The position numbers and the translations under genes are program-made. DNA of 64,000 nt from Botryllus schlosseri (Eukaryota). The notes beneath the pieces were generated by a model. That model saw only the letters and a list, made by a program, of their open reading frames with translations, was not told the origin of the DNA and did not search any database. Shown here one piece after another: positions 25,001 through 38,004 of the stretch. Numbering within the stretch: position 1 is the stretch's first letter; each line of letters starts with the position of its first letter. The stretch covers positions 2,296,001 through 2,360,000 of the forward strand of contig CM119378.1 of the NCBI GenBank assembly GCA_051294905.1. Reading direction: 5' to 3'.

Positions 25001-26619
25001 TTCCATAACTTTTTTTTTCGTTACCAGAAATACATAAACGAGAAGGAAAGATCGAAGGAAGAATCTTTGAATCGGGGATATCTAGATATCTATATATCCC
25101 TGTTTTGAATTTACCATTCGCTACCGGATTGGGATATCAAATCAATAGAGGAATCTGTGAATATCTATGTGTTGAATAGTACATTCATATTGAAATATGC
25201 TATTCAATTATATATTGAAGTTCTGTACGTCGAAGAATCTGTCCAAGTATCTAGGCCTATATGTTTATGAGATAATAAGACCGAATTACAAACATATTAC
25301 CACAATTAAATTCACGCGTTGGTGATCATCCAGAAGGAGAATAATACCAGTCTTTATTTTCCTTTACATCAAGAACTTACCCGTGGGCCTCACATTCACA
25401 CACTCAATAGCGAAAGCAACAGTATGTTCTTTACGTTTCCGCCACCCGTCGAAGCTAAACGTCTTTGGTAAGTTCCAAAATAAATATAAAGCTTTCTGCA
25501 CTATCAAAGGAGGGTCTCAGCAGTTGACGATTGATTCAGTAGTCAGTATTCAGTACAAAACCGCCCATAGTAGCCTATTTGAAAAGCAGATCGTGAAATT
25601 GATCTAATACGATTGCGGGGATGATTGCGGTCAAAGTTGAATTCGGGCTGCATTGAATCGTCTGCGTCCTTGAGGCAATTATACATTCATTTAGCGTTAG
25701 CCAACTGATGTTAAATTTCTTCAATTGTGTAAGTAAAGGTAGCTTTAGTGTAATAAAGATCACTATATAACTCCTAAATCCATTCATAAGTGTTGGAGGT
25801 TCATCCTCTGCATCTGGTCGGCGCTAGCGGTGTCATAAAAAGCCTAAAAGTCGACCGTGTACGTGACTACGTGCTACAAGTCGGCAGCTACAGAATGATA
25901 ATTAAGAAAGTGGGCCTGATGTAAATGACCATAGTAGTCGGAAAACACTATATGAATACCACAAACAATAATCGTTACGCGGAAAGCCATAGAAGCGGCA
26001 TATCGCGATGTAAATAAGCGTTATTGATTCGCTCTCGTGTTCACGACGAAGGTTCACGTGCTTACGAATATGTTATTTTTGTAATAATTACTTCTTTTCG
26101 GTCCTAGAGTCGCGCCGATGTACCGAGAAGACTATACGCAAGGTGTAGCTTACAATGACATCAGACAACTATATCCTACGCAGGCCGTCACCAATTATTG
26201 CTTGCAAGCAACCGAACTTTGATGTCTCTCGGAATTCTTGAGTTCAATATCGTTGGAGCTAACATCTACATAATTGAGTACCACAATAACCACGAATAAG
26301 TATGAGCACTGAGCAGGATTCATTAGAATACGAAACGCTGGTAAAGAGAAAATATCACGCCTAAGGAAATATATATTCTTATTTGAGTGTGTAAAAGAGA
26401 GAGAGTTTATTATGTTTCGACATAATACAAAAAGTATAAATAGTATAAAACTCTTCACGAATAATTGAAACCAATGAAGTGGTTATTGGGTATCGTTACC
26501 CAATTAGATTGAAATATATTTAGACAACCGTTATAACGTATCAGCCATATATATATTGCGTTTTATGAGAAAATGAATAGCTGCTTTGCTGATACATTTT
26601 AGATGCCGTTTAATATCAG

Positions 26620-28185
26620 TTAATTGAAATCAACGTTCCCTACAAACTCGCCACCTTTTCGCTTGGTGGGAAACGGATGATCTTCTCCATAAATGTGCAG
26701 TGAATACGCGTCATGCACCCATGCCGATTGTTTTACGATCGGCCACACTTTCCTAGTCAAAAAATGAATGTCTGTCATGTAAACATCGTTTCCTCTATAG
26801 TCCGCTATAAGCTGTTTCATATTCGGGATGGAATTTCCGTAGCCACCCCACATTTGACCGTTGAAAGGGTACTTTGAATGGTTCGGGTGATCTCTCATTA
26901 TGTGGAAAGTTCTGCCTGATTTCAGCCAATCTTCAGTGGCTTCTCGTCCTCTAGCGAGCAGGCGATAATCGATGTCCAGGATTGTAAAGTACTTGACTGG
27001 TTCGGCGGCGATTAAAAATCGCCAAGACATCTTATTTCGTATGTGTGTCCCGGTCATATTCAAAAACTTAACGTTGTAGGAACATAGTTCACGTACGACA
27101 TCTGGCGATACAGTGTCATCGATGTAAATCCATATTTTCCATCCGGGGTATATTGTGAACAGTCTCTTTGCGTTCACTAAGCCGCCATTCACGTACTTCG
27201 ATTTATTTCCGTAAAGAGTATAAACCACTACCGGTCTAGTCCACTTGCGTCTCTGAATGCTTGCACGCATTGCAGAGAGGTCGGGTGAATACTTGTCTTG
27301 TGGATTAGTGCATTGATCGAAGTAAAATTCTATGCCGTTACGAACCCAACACGGCAGTTCACACAGTCGGAAACCGTACGGTACTTCGTTTTCCCCGCAG
27401 AACTCTTCGTCTTGATTAGTCTGTCCGATTTTAATCGCCAACGACTTGGCCGGATAAACGCCAGGAATATTCTCTTTCTGTAATATTGTGTTCCATTCGT
27501 TTCCATCTATGAGGTCCGGGTAGCTTGAGATGATCTTTTTCGCAAAATCTTTGTTTAAAGCCACGCCGCTTTTGCTGGAGATGACACCGGTACACACGTC
27601 ACCCTGCACATTTTCACAGTCCTTTTCAAAACTGTGCAGAGTGGCGGAATGGTATATAGACACAAACTGACGGTTGTATCTGATCATGTGTTCAGTCAGG
27701 AACTGCCTCCAATCTGGCATGAATATCATTTCGCTGTCGATTAGGAATAGTATTTTGTAATTACTCTGTGCAAATATTTTCAATACATGCATCGTTCTAG
27801 ATTGCTGCCGGGACAGTATTTTTGCTCGATTACCGTACATCGAGTGCAAGCTTCGCTTGTCGTAGTCTTGGATGCGCTGGGAATACACATGTATGTCAAT
27901 TTCTGGTATATTGTGATACTCTTTTATAACGGACGCGGTGAAGGTCGTGTACCCGATTCGGTCTGTGAGATCGATTGCGACCATGATCTCTTTTGGCCGA
28001 CGCTCAACGCTCCGTGTACGATACTTCTCCGAGGCCATTTCAGTGCACGACGGATGTGGGATGTCGTCCATCTGAATTGCGGGCCACGCGATGTCATAAC
28101 CGACGAGGACAAGTATGTATGCTACAAATAAACCGATCAGCAGCTTCGATATTCTCGGCATGTTCTTGAAGTCCATTGTTTTCAT
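26620..28185 (-). CDS. Type II membrane glycosyltransferase-like protein, 521 aa, single coding exon (paralog A)
   Basis: Short N-terminal tail, TM helix (LLIGLFVAYILVLVGY), domain 1 with LFLIDSE, and domain 2 with YTLYG..Y..G...NA, YPGW, MSWRFL, DIDYR, FHIMRDHP.H and GQMWG. Colinear with 35736-37307. Confidence 0.85.
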   Translation of the reverse strand: MKTMDFKNMPRISKLLIGLFVAYILVLVGYDIAWPAIQMDDIPHPSCTEMASEKYRTRSVERRPKEIMVAIDLTDRIGYTTFTASVIKEYHNIPEIDIHVYSQRIQDYDKRSLHSMYGNRAKILSRQQSRTMHVLKIFAQSNYKILFLIDSEMIFMPDWRQFLTEHMIRYNRQFVSIYHSATLHSFEKDCENVQGDVCTGVISSKSGVALNKDFAKKIISSYPDLIDGNEWNTILQKENIPGVYPAKSLAIKIGQTNQDEEFCGENEVPYGFRLCELPCWVRNGIEFYFDQCTNPQDKYSPDLSAMRASIQRRKWTRPVVVYTLYGNKSKYVNGGLVNAKRLFTIYPGWKIWIYIDDTVSPDVVRELCSYNVKFLNMTGTHIRNKMSWRFLIAAEPVKYFTILDIDYRLLARGREATEDWLKSGRTFHIMRDHPNHSKYPFNGQMWGGYGNSIPNMKQLIADYRGNDVYMTDIHFLTRKVWPIVKQSAWVHDAYSLHIYGEDHPFPTKRKGGEFVGNVDFN

Positions 28186-28953
28186 TATACTGTTTATAAT
28201 CTATGGCGTGTGAATAATTCGAACTGAGTATGTAGGTTGACGTACACGCTATAGGCTACACGCAATCTCACAACGGTGAGCGGTAATGCTCATGATAGGG
28301 AAGGCAGATTCCATTGATCCATTCCATTCGGATCGGAAACATTTTATATGATGAATAATATTTGCATGTTCGGAATCAGTACGACAATAGCATTCGATTG
28401 ATAAGGGCACTGCACTCTGAATATGATGTGATCTCAAATGACAGATAAAATCGGAAAAATTTCTAAAGGAGCCGCCGGTCCATTAGGCATCTGTTTTGTA
28501 ATTGACAATTTGTTATCTGATCCCAGAATGTTCCTAAAAGTAGTGGAATTTGTAAATGCCACAATCTAAATGTTTGGCAATATGAACTGTAATGGGCCCT
28601 TAGAGTTATAATGCGAAATGAGTTCGAAGTCGGTGCACCAATTTTCCCTCATCCAACCAACCAACAAGCGACCTATCCCTACACGGAGCTGCAGATGACT
28701 GTCTATCACTATGTTGAAAACATTTGCTGAAGAAAATAGGGGTAGCCTAAATAAAAACGCATCTGTGTTCTGCAAATATGCTGCCTCCTCTCCCCTTTCG
28801 CCTTATTTGCGGGTGATAAGGATACAAATTGCGTAATTATGGGTGTAAAAATATTCAAATTTAGACATTGGCGAAGATGCCAAATGCCAAAACAAATGCC
28901 AATGATTAGGGTTGCATTTAAAACACACGGTGTTTCAAACACTTTGTTTAGAA

Positions 28954-29718
28954 CAGTGGTTCCCAACCGGTGGGGAATAGGCGCATTTGTTAAACATTAT
29001 ATACGGGATAGTCTATATATTTACGGAGACACATGTGCTATTACTGTTACCGGTTAACTGCTCTGGAATGTATGTATCGAAAAGTATATTGCGCGTTGTT
29101 CACAAAAACTCAATTTTTAAATCTGAATAACCAATCATGTCGTCACAAACGCATCCAGCACGACCATATCACGTTAAATAACGCTTTTGCTACATTTTGA
29201 GGGTTGCAGGTCGATCGGATTATACAATTCGGTTTATGTTGCAGTTATAGTAGGGTTACCATATTTTGGGAATCTGAAAAGAGGACACTTTTTCCAAATT
29301 TTCAGACTTAAAATACCGCAATAGAATCCGGAAAAATTGGCAGTTTGTAGTTGGTTGACTAAAAAAATGTCAACTTTCTGGCTCAACTCCCGAAATACCC
29401 ACCGAAACGTTACTTGAGTACTGATTTCCTGTATCTCAGTCGAATTTTAACATGAATTAAACCAAGATTTTCAAAAAAGAGGACACATTCTCAAAAAAGG
29501 AACACTATCAAAAATCCATATCCTCTTAAAAGAGGACGTATGGTAGGCCTAGCCCTAAGTTATAAGCGATTTTCTTAAGTACTGGTGTGGTTTGCCAATA
29601 GCAAGTCACTGCTAAACGTCTGGCAAAATGTTATGAAGGGGCATTTTGGATAGTTGGGAATGAAGACTCGGAATAAATCTGAAGTGGGGAATGAAAACGA
29701 AAAGGTTGGGAACCACTG
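28954..29718. mobile_element. hAT (Buster/Charlie-like) MITE containing a nested MITE (29251-29557), itself inside a TAGGGTTGCATTTAAAAC-family MITE starting at ~28907
   Basis: 15-bp TIR CAGTGGTTCCCAACC...GGTTGGGAACCACTG with perfect TSD GTTTAGAA. The inner element is flanked by AGTTATAG/AGTTATAA. Confidence 0.88.
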
Positions 29719-29873
29719 GTTTAGAACATGTGTTAAACAGTGTTTTAAACAAATAGCTTTTTAAAAAATTGTTTTTTCTTCAGAACGCTGTATTATTATT
29801 ATGTAAATACTGTCGAATAAAGATGTATAGTGTGAGCGTACGGACGATTTGCAACCAATATAGTCGACGTATC

Positions 29874-30780
29874 TAGGGATGGTGTGAACGTGAGGTGAGG
29901 TTCACGTTCGCGCTCTGTGTGTGAACGCTCACAAACGAACCTTTGTAGGTTCTGCAGTGTGAACCTTTTTCATATATTACAATTTTTAATTCATTATAAC
30001 ATCTTTGGTTGAAATTTATTGCATTTCAACTGCGGACAACTATATGCCTAGCGCTGACAGCATAAAAAATCAACACCGAACGAGCACCTTGACTATCTCA
30101 AAAATGTCACTTGCTTTGGTACAAAAGTTTGCTCGAAATATCTAGCTTTCTGTTTGTGAATATTTAGTGACTCTCCGCCGTGAGCTTGACCCTAAATAAC
30201 ACAACATCAAGAGCGAAATATACTACATGTAGTCAGCGTCAGCGAATGATGCTTATTCAACCAATCAATTGAGCTGATATCATTGTCTGATGTAAAATAT
30301 CTAGCAGGTGCACGGGGTCAATCTTGACTTAATCTGTTAATTGTATAATAAAACAAAATACGTACGATTGGGGTGTTGGATACTGCGGTATAACTTGTCA
30401 ATAGGGTAATATCGGTAGCAAGTATAGAAACCCGTTTTACAATCTGCTCAGTATCAACGTCGCAATACTCAGATGCCGAATATATTGTCCTCGTCGTAAT
30501 TGTTGTCAAAGCGACGGAAGATATTGATTTTATGGGATTATTATATCATTTGATTTCCTCAGTTTATACATTTGGCGACGTTTAAAACGTCAATATGTAG
30601 ATATCGCTAGATATCGTGTTCATTAATATAGGGGCTATCACTTCACTGAAATGTAGGGTTAGAATTAGCAATATGACGTCACGTAACGTCATGAGGTTCA
30701 CGTTCGCGTTCGCACAGAACCTTTCAAAATGGTTCGCGTTCACACGAACCTGAACCTTCCAGAGGTTCACACCATCCCTA
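29874..30780. mobile_element. hAT-type MITE
   Basis: TIR TAGGGATGGTGTGAAC...GTTCACACCATCCCTA with subterminal GTTCAC/GTGAAC repeats. Flanks ACGTATC / ACGTATAC form an imperfect TSD. Confidence 0.85.
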
Positions 30781-31299
30781 ACGTATACGTTGTGGAGTGG
30801 TTGCGACCCTCAAAATCGTTGTCGGTTCAAGAGTTATAGCAAGTAGATAATATTCTAAAATTATGCTTTTTCGCCGAGATTTTATGATATCATAAATGAA
30901 AGGAACTCTCGTGACGTACAAACCACAAGATTTGACTTCTAAGTGATGAGATAGCTAGGAGAGTGAGTGGTGGTATCGCAGTTTCGTCTGTACCAAGCTA
31001 CCGCAGCTGACATCATTTTAGCAGTAAACAGCAGTACCAGGTTCCTGCTGTTTGGTGTGCAGCAGAATAAGCTCAAGCTGTGGGGAAGGCAGCATTATTG
31101 AGTGGTGAAAAAAGACGCAATGCAGTCGACGCATTGGTTAAAAAGTAGTAACGCTATAAATCATTGATAAATTTTTGTAAATTATATTGCACTATAGTTT
31201 TTGCTACAAATAAGGCTAAATCTGATTAGTTTGAATGAAAAGACGTAAAAACGTTTTTCGTTACGATTATGAGAGAGAATCCAAAGGTTTCTAACGAAA

Positions 31300-32057
31300 C
31301 TTGATGGGCGAGTGTTTTGCACATAGCAATATCTGCAATTGTGACATTAACCTGCAGGCCATAGGAAAGACTGCTTTTTCAACTCACATTGATACCCCGA
31401 AACACAAGAAGTGTGTCATGATGATTAATTTGAGCCGGTCGATGAATAATTTTTCCACAAGTCGATCAGCACCAACGACAAGGCAGCTGCTGCTGATGGT
31501 ACTTCACGTACCTGGGCATTCCATACTGTCAAACACCAGCAATCATTCATCCCCATCGATTGCACATCGCAATTGTTCAAAGCAATATTCCCCGGTGCCA
31601 GCATTGCGAATACGTTTTTTTTCATCCAGGACCAAGACTACAAACATTGTTACTGGAGTTTTTGCTCCATCCGCTCGAAAATGATTTTGTCTAAACTTGG
31701 TGTACGGCCTTCTTCCATCTTGGTTGACGCCTCCAACGAGGTTGAGAAATTTGGTTTATCACCCTAGGGGAGGGGAGCAAGACCAACGGTGATTTTTTTT
31801 TTTGGCGGGGGGGGGGGGGGCTGACGAAGTGCTGTTTTGGCACAGATTAAAGGTAAACCTAGACCTGAGCTGTCGTGAGATCCATGAAGCACTTTCTAAT
31901 AACAAGGAGTTGCTGGAGCAGAATATTTCTGGTGAAAAGTATGGAAAGTGATATGCCATGGCTCGTATAGATACAAAGTATGTACAAAAACGCTTTTTCA
32001 TGCTAATTTAATTTTTCGACTGTCCTTATTTTTGGGCCCATGTCGATGGCAACCCTG
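31300..32057 (+). pseudogene. Decayed hAT-family transposase N-terminal region with a right terminus
   Basis: Joining frames gives a zinc-finger-like ICNCDINLQAIGKTAFSTHIDTPKHKK, then WAFHTVKHQQSF..IDCTSQLFKAIFP..SIA, SRTKTTNIVTGVFAP and ILVDASN (first catalytic Asp region). Several frameshifts. The region ends GATGGCAACCCTG. Confidence 0.65.
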
Positions 32058-32189
32058 CCTATAGCCAGTGATTATTGAAGGATTTTACTATTTTCTTTCA
32101 CTTATCCTGACGAAAGGGGAGGCACTGCCTTACTTGCTTACCCTGATCGCAACTCCCGGCAATCTCAACCATACATACATCGCAATTCT

Positions 32190-32465
32190 GTAGCGAGATA
32201 GCGTATAGTCGTATAATCCACGGCTGCAACACCAATGGGTTGCGGGTTCGAGTCCGACCGAGTTCGACTTCAGAATTCCAACCTAAGTGTTGGAGGTTTA
32301 TCTAGCCTCCTCCTCGCCACCTCATCCGCGTAAGCGGTGTCTTACAAAAAGCCTAGAAGTTGTCCGTGCTACAAGTCGGCTAATAACGAATCAAAAATGC
32401 AAAAAATCGGCCTGGTGTAAATCACCGTTGTAGTCGACAAACACCATGAATACCCCAAACAAACA
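32190..32465 (+). mobile_element. tRNA-derived SINE, family B
   Basis: B-box GGTTCGAGTCC followed by the body CTAAGTGTTGGAGG...GCGGTGTC...AAGCCTAGAAG and a CAAA-rich tail. Other copies lie at ~25786-25970, ~37375-37590 and (minus strand, split) 45610-50110. Confidence 0.8.
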
Positions 32466-33687
32466 TCCCAATTATCAATATACAAATCGAGGAAGACTAC
32501 GCATAACAATTTCCTTGTGGTAGGTGTAGGCTATATTATTGTAGGGCTCGTTATGAGCTTAAAGACCTGTAACACTGCGTCGACATCATTTTAAATGTTA
32601 CACTCGCCGCTTCCTTATTACCAATGATTCATTCACGTTATAACATATCGGATCAAATGGTATTTTTTCGGTCGGGTGCTAATAAATGTACAATGGCGCA
32701 TAGGAATGTGATCCGGTCAAGAGGTCTGTAACCGTTAGTCTGTATGCTTTGTGTGACACTAAAACAAAATAACCGGTGCGATACTGTCTCCATAACTATA
32801 TTCTATCATCAGGTACTTGGTAGCTATAAGCAGAACGTAGAATAGTGCTGTGAAATACTATCCAATTCCATATAAATATCTATGTATAATCTATATAAGT
32901 TCAAAAATGATTTCCAAGCTAGAAATCTCTGTATCGTACTTTGAATACAATAATATGAAAATAGACGGGAATAATAATTATAAATTTGACCGAAGAGCAA
33001 TAATATGAATATTGGTTCCTCCCTAATCCAGTCATTTCCCCTTTTAACTGATGAGACGCTCAATTCCACAATTAAACTGGATATCGTCTTAAACTGTATC
33101 TGGTCGTTAACTCGATATCGCCAAATGATCAGACAGACTATTGTCTACGACAGAATGGGACACTGGAATGTCGTACGGACAATGCTTCCGAGCTTACATT
33201 ACAGTTTTCTTTTCAACTTCGGCAAACAGTTTTTCTCTTACTTCGAGAACCGCGCTGACGACGTGTTTGCATCACATTTTAAAATTGTGATCGAAAAAAC
33301 CGTAACTGGTATTAGTATTATCAGTGAGATGCGTAGAATATAATTTGTAATAATGCTATAATGCTGCTACATTACCATACCATACAGTATATACCATACA
33401 GTATATTCATATTGAAATGAACCGGAATGTTTTCGGCTGACACGCGTTACGCGTAAACTTAAGCAACTTCGAAAATTGAAAAGAACATTGTACATAATCA
33501 ATCGTATCACAAAATGCCACGTCACGGGCATGAAGTTTTGAAGTTCTGAATAGCTCCAAGAAGCTCTTAAAATATCATCACTGAATTTTACATCTTACCG
33601 TAATTAGTTATCATGACTTTGAATTGAATTGAACTTTGAACTGAATTGAAAATTGAATGCTGCGTTGTAAAGGCTCTTTCTATAGAG

Positions 33688-34833
33688 CAGGAGTCAGCAA
33701 CCCCCGGCGCGAGTACCATTTGTGGCACGCCAAATGATTTAACGCACGCGACATATTATAACCATGGTTGTTGCAAAAAGTGAAACAGAAGTTTTCAAAT
33801 TATTTCGAAAATTATTATAAAATTGAGTCTTTTGGAGTAGATTTTATTTATCTAGGAAAATAAGTCTCCATTACGAAAGAACGGCAAACTAATATCGTAT
33901 GAAACCGTTTTGATACGTTAGTATAGGAGTGAGCAGCTGAGCACTGTGCCGCCTGTGATATCGTGACTATTACAGTATGAAACAGCATTTCGGCGGTGGA
34001 CATTTTACGCTAAGAGACACGAACTAGACATGGAGTTTCGGGCAACATGTGACCCCGTGCGATGCCAGAATAATAGGCGGCGACAAAACCTTGAAATTAA
34101 ATAACCGCCGCATATTGACCAAAAATTTCGACTTTGGTAGGGATGTCCACTTTCAGGCTCCGAAATGACCGGCGTCGAGCAGTCCGATAGTCCAATAGTC
34201 CGAAAAGCGTGCAGCGTGAGCCGCACGTATCAAATTAAACCTAATATAGGTAAATAATCAGCCCCGTGTCAAAATGCGGATTTGGAATCGTGTTCGTATC
34301 ACGAAAGGAGATTTTCTTTTAGTTTCGTCATGTACGTGATTCCAATATATCTGAAGCAACGACAACCTTTACCGCGATCTTTGGAGCTTTGCAAACAAAT
34401 CTAATGTTAGAACAACCTTAATGTGACATCAAACCGACTTGAATGTTACACGGGTGACACATTTTTCATCGTCAGGCCATATCATCGTAACAACTTTATG
34501 GCGTGTGTCACGTATAGGCTATCAGGTTAACGAACACAGTGGACTTGGAAACGACCAAAGCAATTGATCGATTATAGCGCGACTAAAAGTAAATATTTTG
34601 TTCATTGAGGGCTAGGTCTAGTGCGGCAGCGACTAAAAGTTATACCCTTTGCGACTAATCCTCTAAAGAATAATTGGCGTCACCGATGCCGTTGCCAGCT
34701 GCAGATAGAAGCGGGATTCCTTGCTTGAAACGCTAAATATGACAAAATTAAAAATGTTTGGAACGCTAATTGGTAATATTTTGAATTTTTTTGACGTTTT
34801 GGCACGCTGCATACGAAAGGTTGACGACCCCTG
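33688..34833. mobile_element. Non-autonomous hAT (Buster/Charlie-like) element
   Basis: Termini CAGGAGTCAGCAACC...GGTTGACGACCCCTG with perfect TSD CTATAGAG. A related inverted copy spans ~42240-43280. Confidence 0.88.
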
Positions 34834-35735
34834 CTATAGAGTGAAGATTATTGATTAAAAAAGACATCAGTGAGCTTGTAAAACGCTCGCAAGAAAGGTG
34901 TTAACATTTCCCGCAATGCGAAGCCTCAGTGGGCGGGTAATCCATGAAACTGGCGCACAATGACTAACCAAGGATCCTGATTGGTTGGAATTGTAATAAA
35001 AAGTTCCTGATTAGCTGGCAGACTGCTGGTTTTGTGGTCATTACCGGAATAATTGTTTTCTGTTGTGTCATGTTGGTTCACGCAGTATTACTGATGAAAT
35101 TAATTGCAAAAGTCACAGACAGATAATCGCAAATTGATGATAATATTTTCAGTGTATAACCCATGATGTTGTAATAACACTATCGGGTTGGTTCGGCGTT
35201 CTTAAATAGTTGAGATTTCTTTAAGAGTTACCGAAACGTAAGACGCCGAAATGATATCAAATCAAAAGAATGGCGAACAGTAGGCATGTCTAGTCCACGG
35301 CATTGTGTTTTTCCGCGCAAAGCGATTCAATCATATGACACTCTTTATCCAACTGTATTCACTCGATTATAACGTATTGTATTAGAGAATCCAGCGAATT
35401 GTAAACATTGTACATCTTGCCTTCGAGAACTGTTGTAGAGCTGCAGAAACAGCGATATATGCGAGGTGGTGCTTAGTGGACCGCTCAAGGCGGACGCATG
35501 AAAAGTTATGTTCTAGTAGTTGCTTTGTTCTCTACTATATGTTACTACATGTTAATATAAGCAAAAGCATAGTGATGTTAATGAAAATGTCGATATTGGA
35601 TATTGGTGTCTCAGTGCAAAGGAATATATGAAAGGAAGTAATCAAATACAGAGCGATTCTCGTCAGAAATGTCAGAGTGCTTAAATTGAATATATTCTGC
35701 GCCCGACAAATATAAATTTGCGATTATTACTACAG

Positions 35736-37307
35736 ATGGGTAGGTCTATGTCAAATGTAAAGGCTTTCATAAAGAAAAAGCGGAAACTCATGATTTTAAC
35801 ACTCGTTACTATCCTCGTGACCATATATTATCTTATGTGGCCCCCGAGTTACATGGATGACATACCGCAACGATCATGCATAGAAATACCATCACGAGAA
35901 AATTCTGAATGGACACAGTCGCAAGCAGCGATTATGGTCGGAATATACCTAACTAATCGCAACGGATACACAAATTTCACAGCTTTGGTCATAAGAAAAT
36001 ACCAGGGTATATCGGATAAAGATATATGGATCCTTCCTGCGTTTGGGAGACTATACAACAGTGAAAAAACGTTACGAATGTGGTACGGACAACATATTCA
36101 CATAATCGATAATACGAATGGAACCGGACACCTGAGATCATTGTTAAATGTATTCATCAATACGGACTATAAGATGTTATTTCTTATTGATAGCGAGATG
36201 GTGTTCTCGCGGCATTGGGACGAATTTATGACCCGACATATGATGAAAAACGGTCGCCAATTTTTATCTCTATACCATTCTGCCGGTATGCACGATTTCG
36301 CGAAAGACTGTGCAACAAAGGTAGACGATTTATGCGTTGGTGAGATATTTGAGAAAGGCGGAGTGGCTTTGCGAAAAGACTTCGTGAAGCGAGTATTATC
36401 CCGTCACGCGAGGTTAATAGACGGAGTCGGTTGGAATGAGGTTTTAGCAAATGAAAATCTACACGGATACTATCCAGCAAAATCAATCATCATGAAAATC
36501 GGGCAAAGAAACCAAGACCACAACCACTGTGGAGATAACGAGGTACCGTACGGGTTTCGTTTATGCGAATTACCGTGCTGGATTCGAGACGGTATCGAAT
36601 TTTATTTCGACCTCTGTACCAGTCCGCAGGAAATCTATTCTCCCGAACATTCAATAATGCAAGCAAATGCAGAGAAGCGAACGTGGACCCGGCCCGCTGT
36701 TGTGTACAGTTTTTACGGTAATAATCCGAGGTATGTGAAAGGAGCGATCGAAAACGCAAAGCGTCTTTTCACGATATATCCGGGATGGAAAATTTGGATT
36801 TACCTCGATAATTCAGTGACTAGTGATGTAATACGAGAGATGTGCGCATATAATGTTCGGTTCTTAAACATGACCGGGACTGGAATCAGAAATAAAATGT
36901 CTTGGCGATTCCTAATCGCGTCAGAGCCGGTGAAATACTTCACAATCCTTGACATTGATTACCGCATGCTTCCGAGAGGCAAGGCGGCCACTGACGAATG
37001 GCTGAAATCCGGCAGAAAATTCCACGTAATGCGAGACCATCCTCAACACTCCATTCACGCCATCAATGGTCAGATGTGGGGCGGATATGGAAACTCAATA
37101 CCTAACATGAAAGAGTTAATTGTAGAATACAGCGCTGGAGACTGGTTCATGATGGACATTCACTTCTTGACCGCAAAGGTATGGCCGATCGTGAAGCAAT
37201 CCGTTTGGGTGCACGATTCTCATTCGCTCCACAAATTCGGGGAGGACCATCCCTTCCCTACGAAACGAGATGGAGATAAATTCGTCGGAAATGTTGATTT
37301 CAGCTGA
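35736..37307 (+). CDS. Type II membrane glycosyltransferase-like protein, ~520 aa, single coding exon (paralog B)
   Basis: Basic N-terminal tail (KKKRK), TM helix, and long blocks identical to paralog A (NEVPYGFRLCELPCW, NAKRLFTIYPGWKIWIY, IRNKMSWRFLIA, EPVKYFTILDIDYR, FVGNVDF). ATG at 35736 directly follows CTACAG; 35748 is an alternative start. Confidence 0.85.
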   Translation: MGRSMSNVKAFIKKKRKLMILTLVTILVTIYYLMWPPSYMDDIPQRSCIEIPSRENSEWTQSQAAIMVGIYLTNRNGYTNFTALVIRKYQGISDKDIWILPAFGRLYNSEKTLRMWYGQHIHIIDNTNGTGHLRSLLNVFINTDYKMLFLIDSEMVFSRHWDEFMTRHMMKNGRQFLSLYHSAGMHDFAKDCATKVDDLCVGEIFEKGGVALRKDFVKRVLSRHARLIDGVGWNEVLANENLHGYYPAKSIIMKIGQRNQDHNHCGDNEVPYGFRLCELPCWIRDGIEFYFDLCTSPQEIYSPEHSIMQANAEKRTWTRPAVVYSFYGNNPRYVKGAIENAKRLFTIYPGWKIWIYLDNSVTSDVIREMCAYNVRFLNMTGTGIRNKMSWRFLIASEPVKYFTILDIDYRMLPRGKAATDEWLKSGRKFHVMRDHPQHSIHAINGQMWGGYGNSIPNMKELIVEYSAGDWFMMDIHFLTAKVWPIVKQSVWVHDSHSLHKFGEDHPFPTKRDGDKFVGNVDFS

Positions 37308-38004
37308 TATTGATCTGTAGTGATCTATATCGCTGGTTTTCAACTGTAGAAAGTCAGTTGTTCATACAATTGGGGCATGCGGTGACTCATGGTACGCAGC
37401 CACTATGTCAAGTGTCAACATTATTGTAGATATCACAGCTGCGAGTTCGAGTCCGACCTAGGTTGACTCCAGAATTCTACTGAAATATTGGAGCCTAGCA
37501 GTGTTATGCATATCGGCAGATACGGATTCATAATAGATAATATCGGGCTGGTTTGCTATTTAGTCGAAACACCGTGAATACCGAAGAGCAAGAAGTCAAG
37601 AAAAACTTATAATCGCCAACGGAATTGAAGCATATAGTCAACATATCCCGATGAGGCTCCATTTGCGAAATAAGCACCAGCTCGAATCAGTCTGTGGGTA
37701 TACGAAATCGCCTCGTGACTTCTACCGGAACAAAGCTTCGATGGCTATTATGAAAAGATAGGACAGAGAATTTAATGCTGAATCCCCCGCCACGACACCA
37801 ATTGAAGCAGATTCAATCATCACAGCTCTCTCCCAGTATAGTTTATGTGTTTCCAGGGCTTACGCGGGATGCGGTGCATTACAAACCCTGAAATCCCAGA
37901 GAGAAAGTGAGCCTGCGACAAGTCAGCAAAGAGAAAGACACGCACTGAAGAAGACTGAAAAATGGTACCGCGCGAGAATGGCATGTTCCCGGAATTGTAA
38001 ACCG

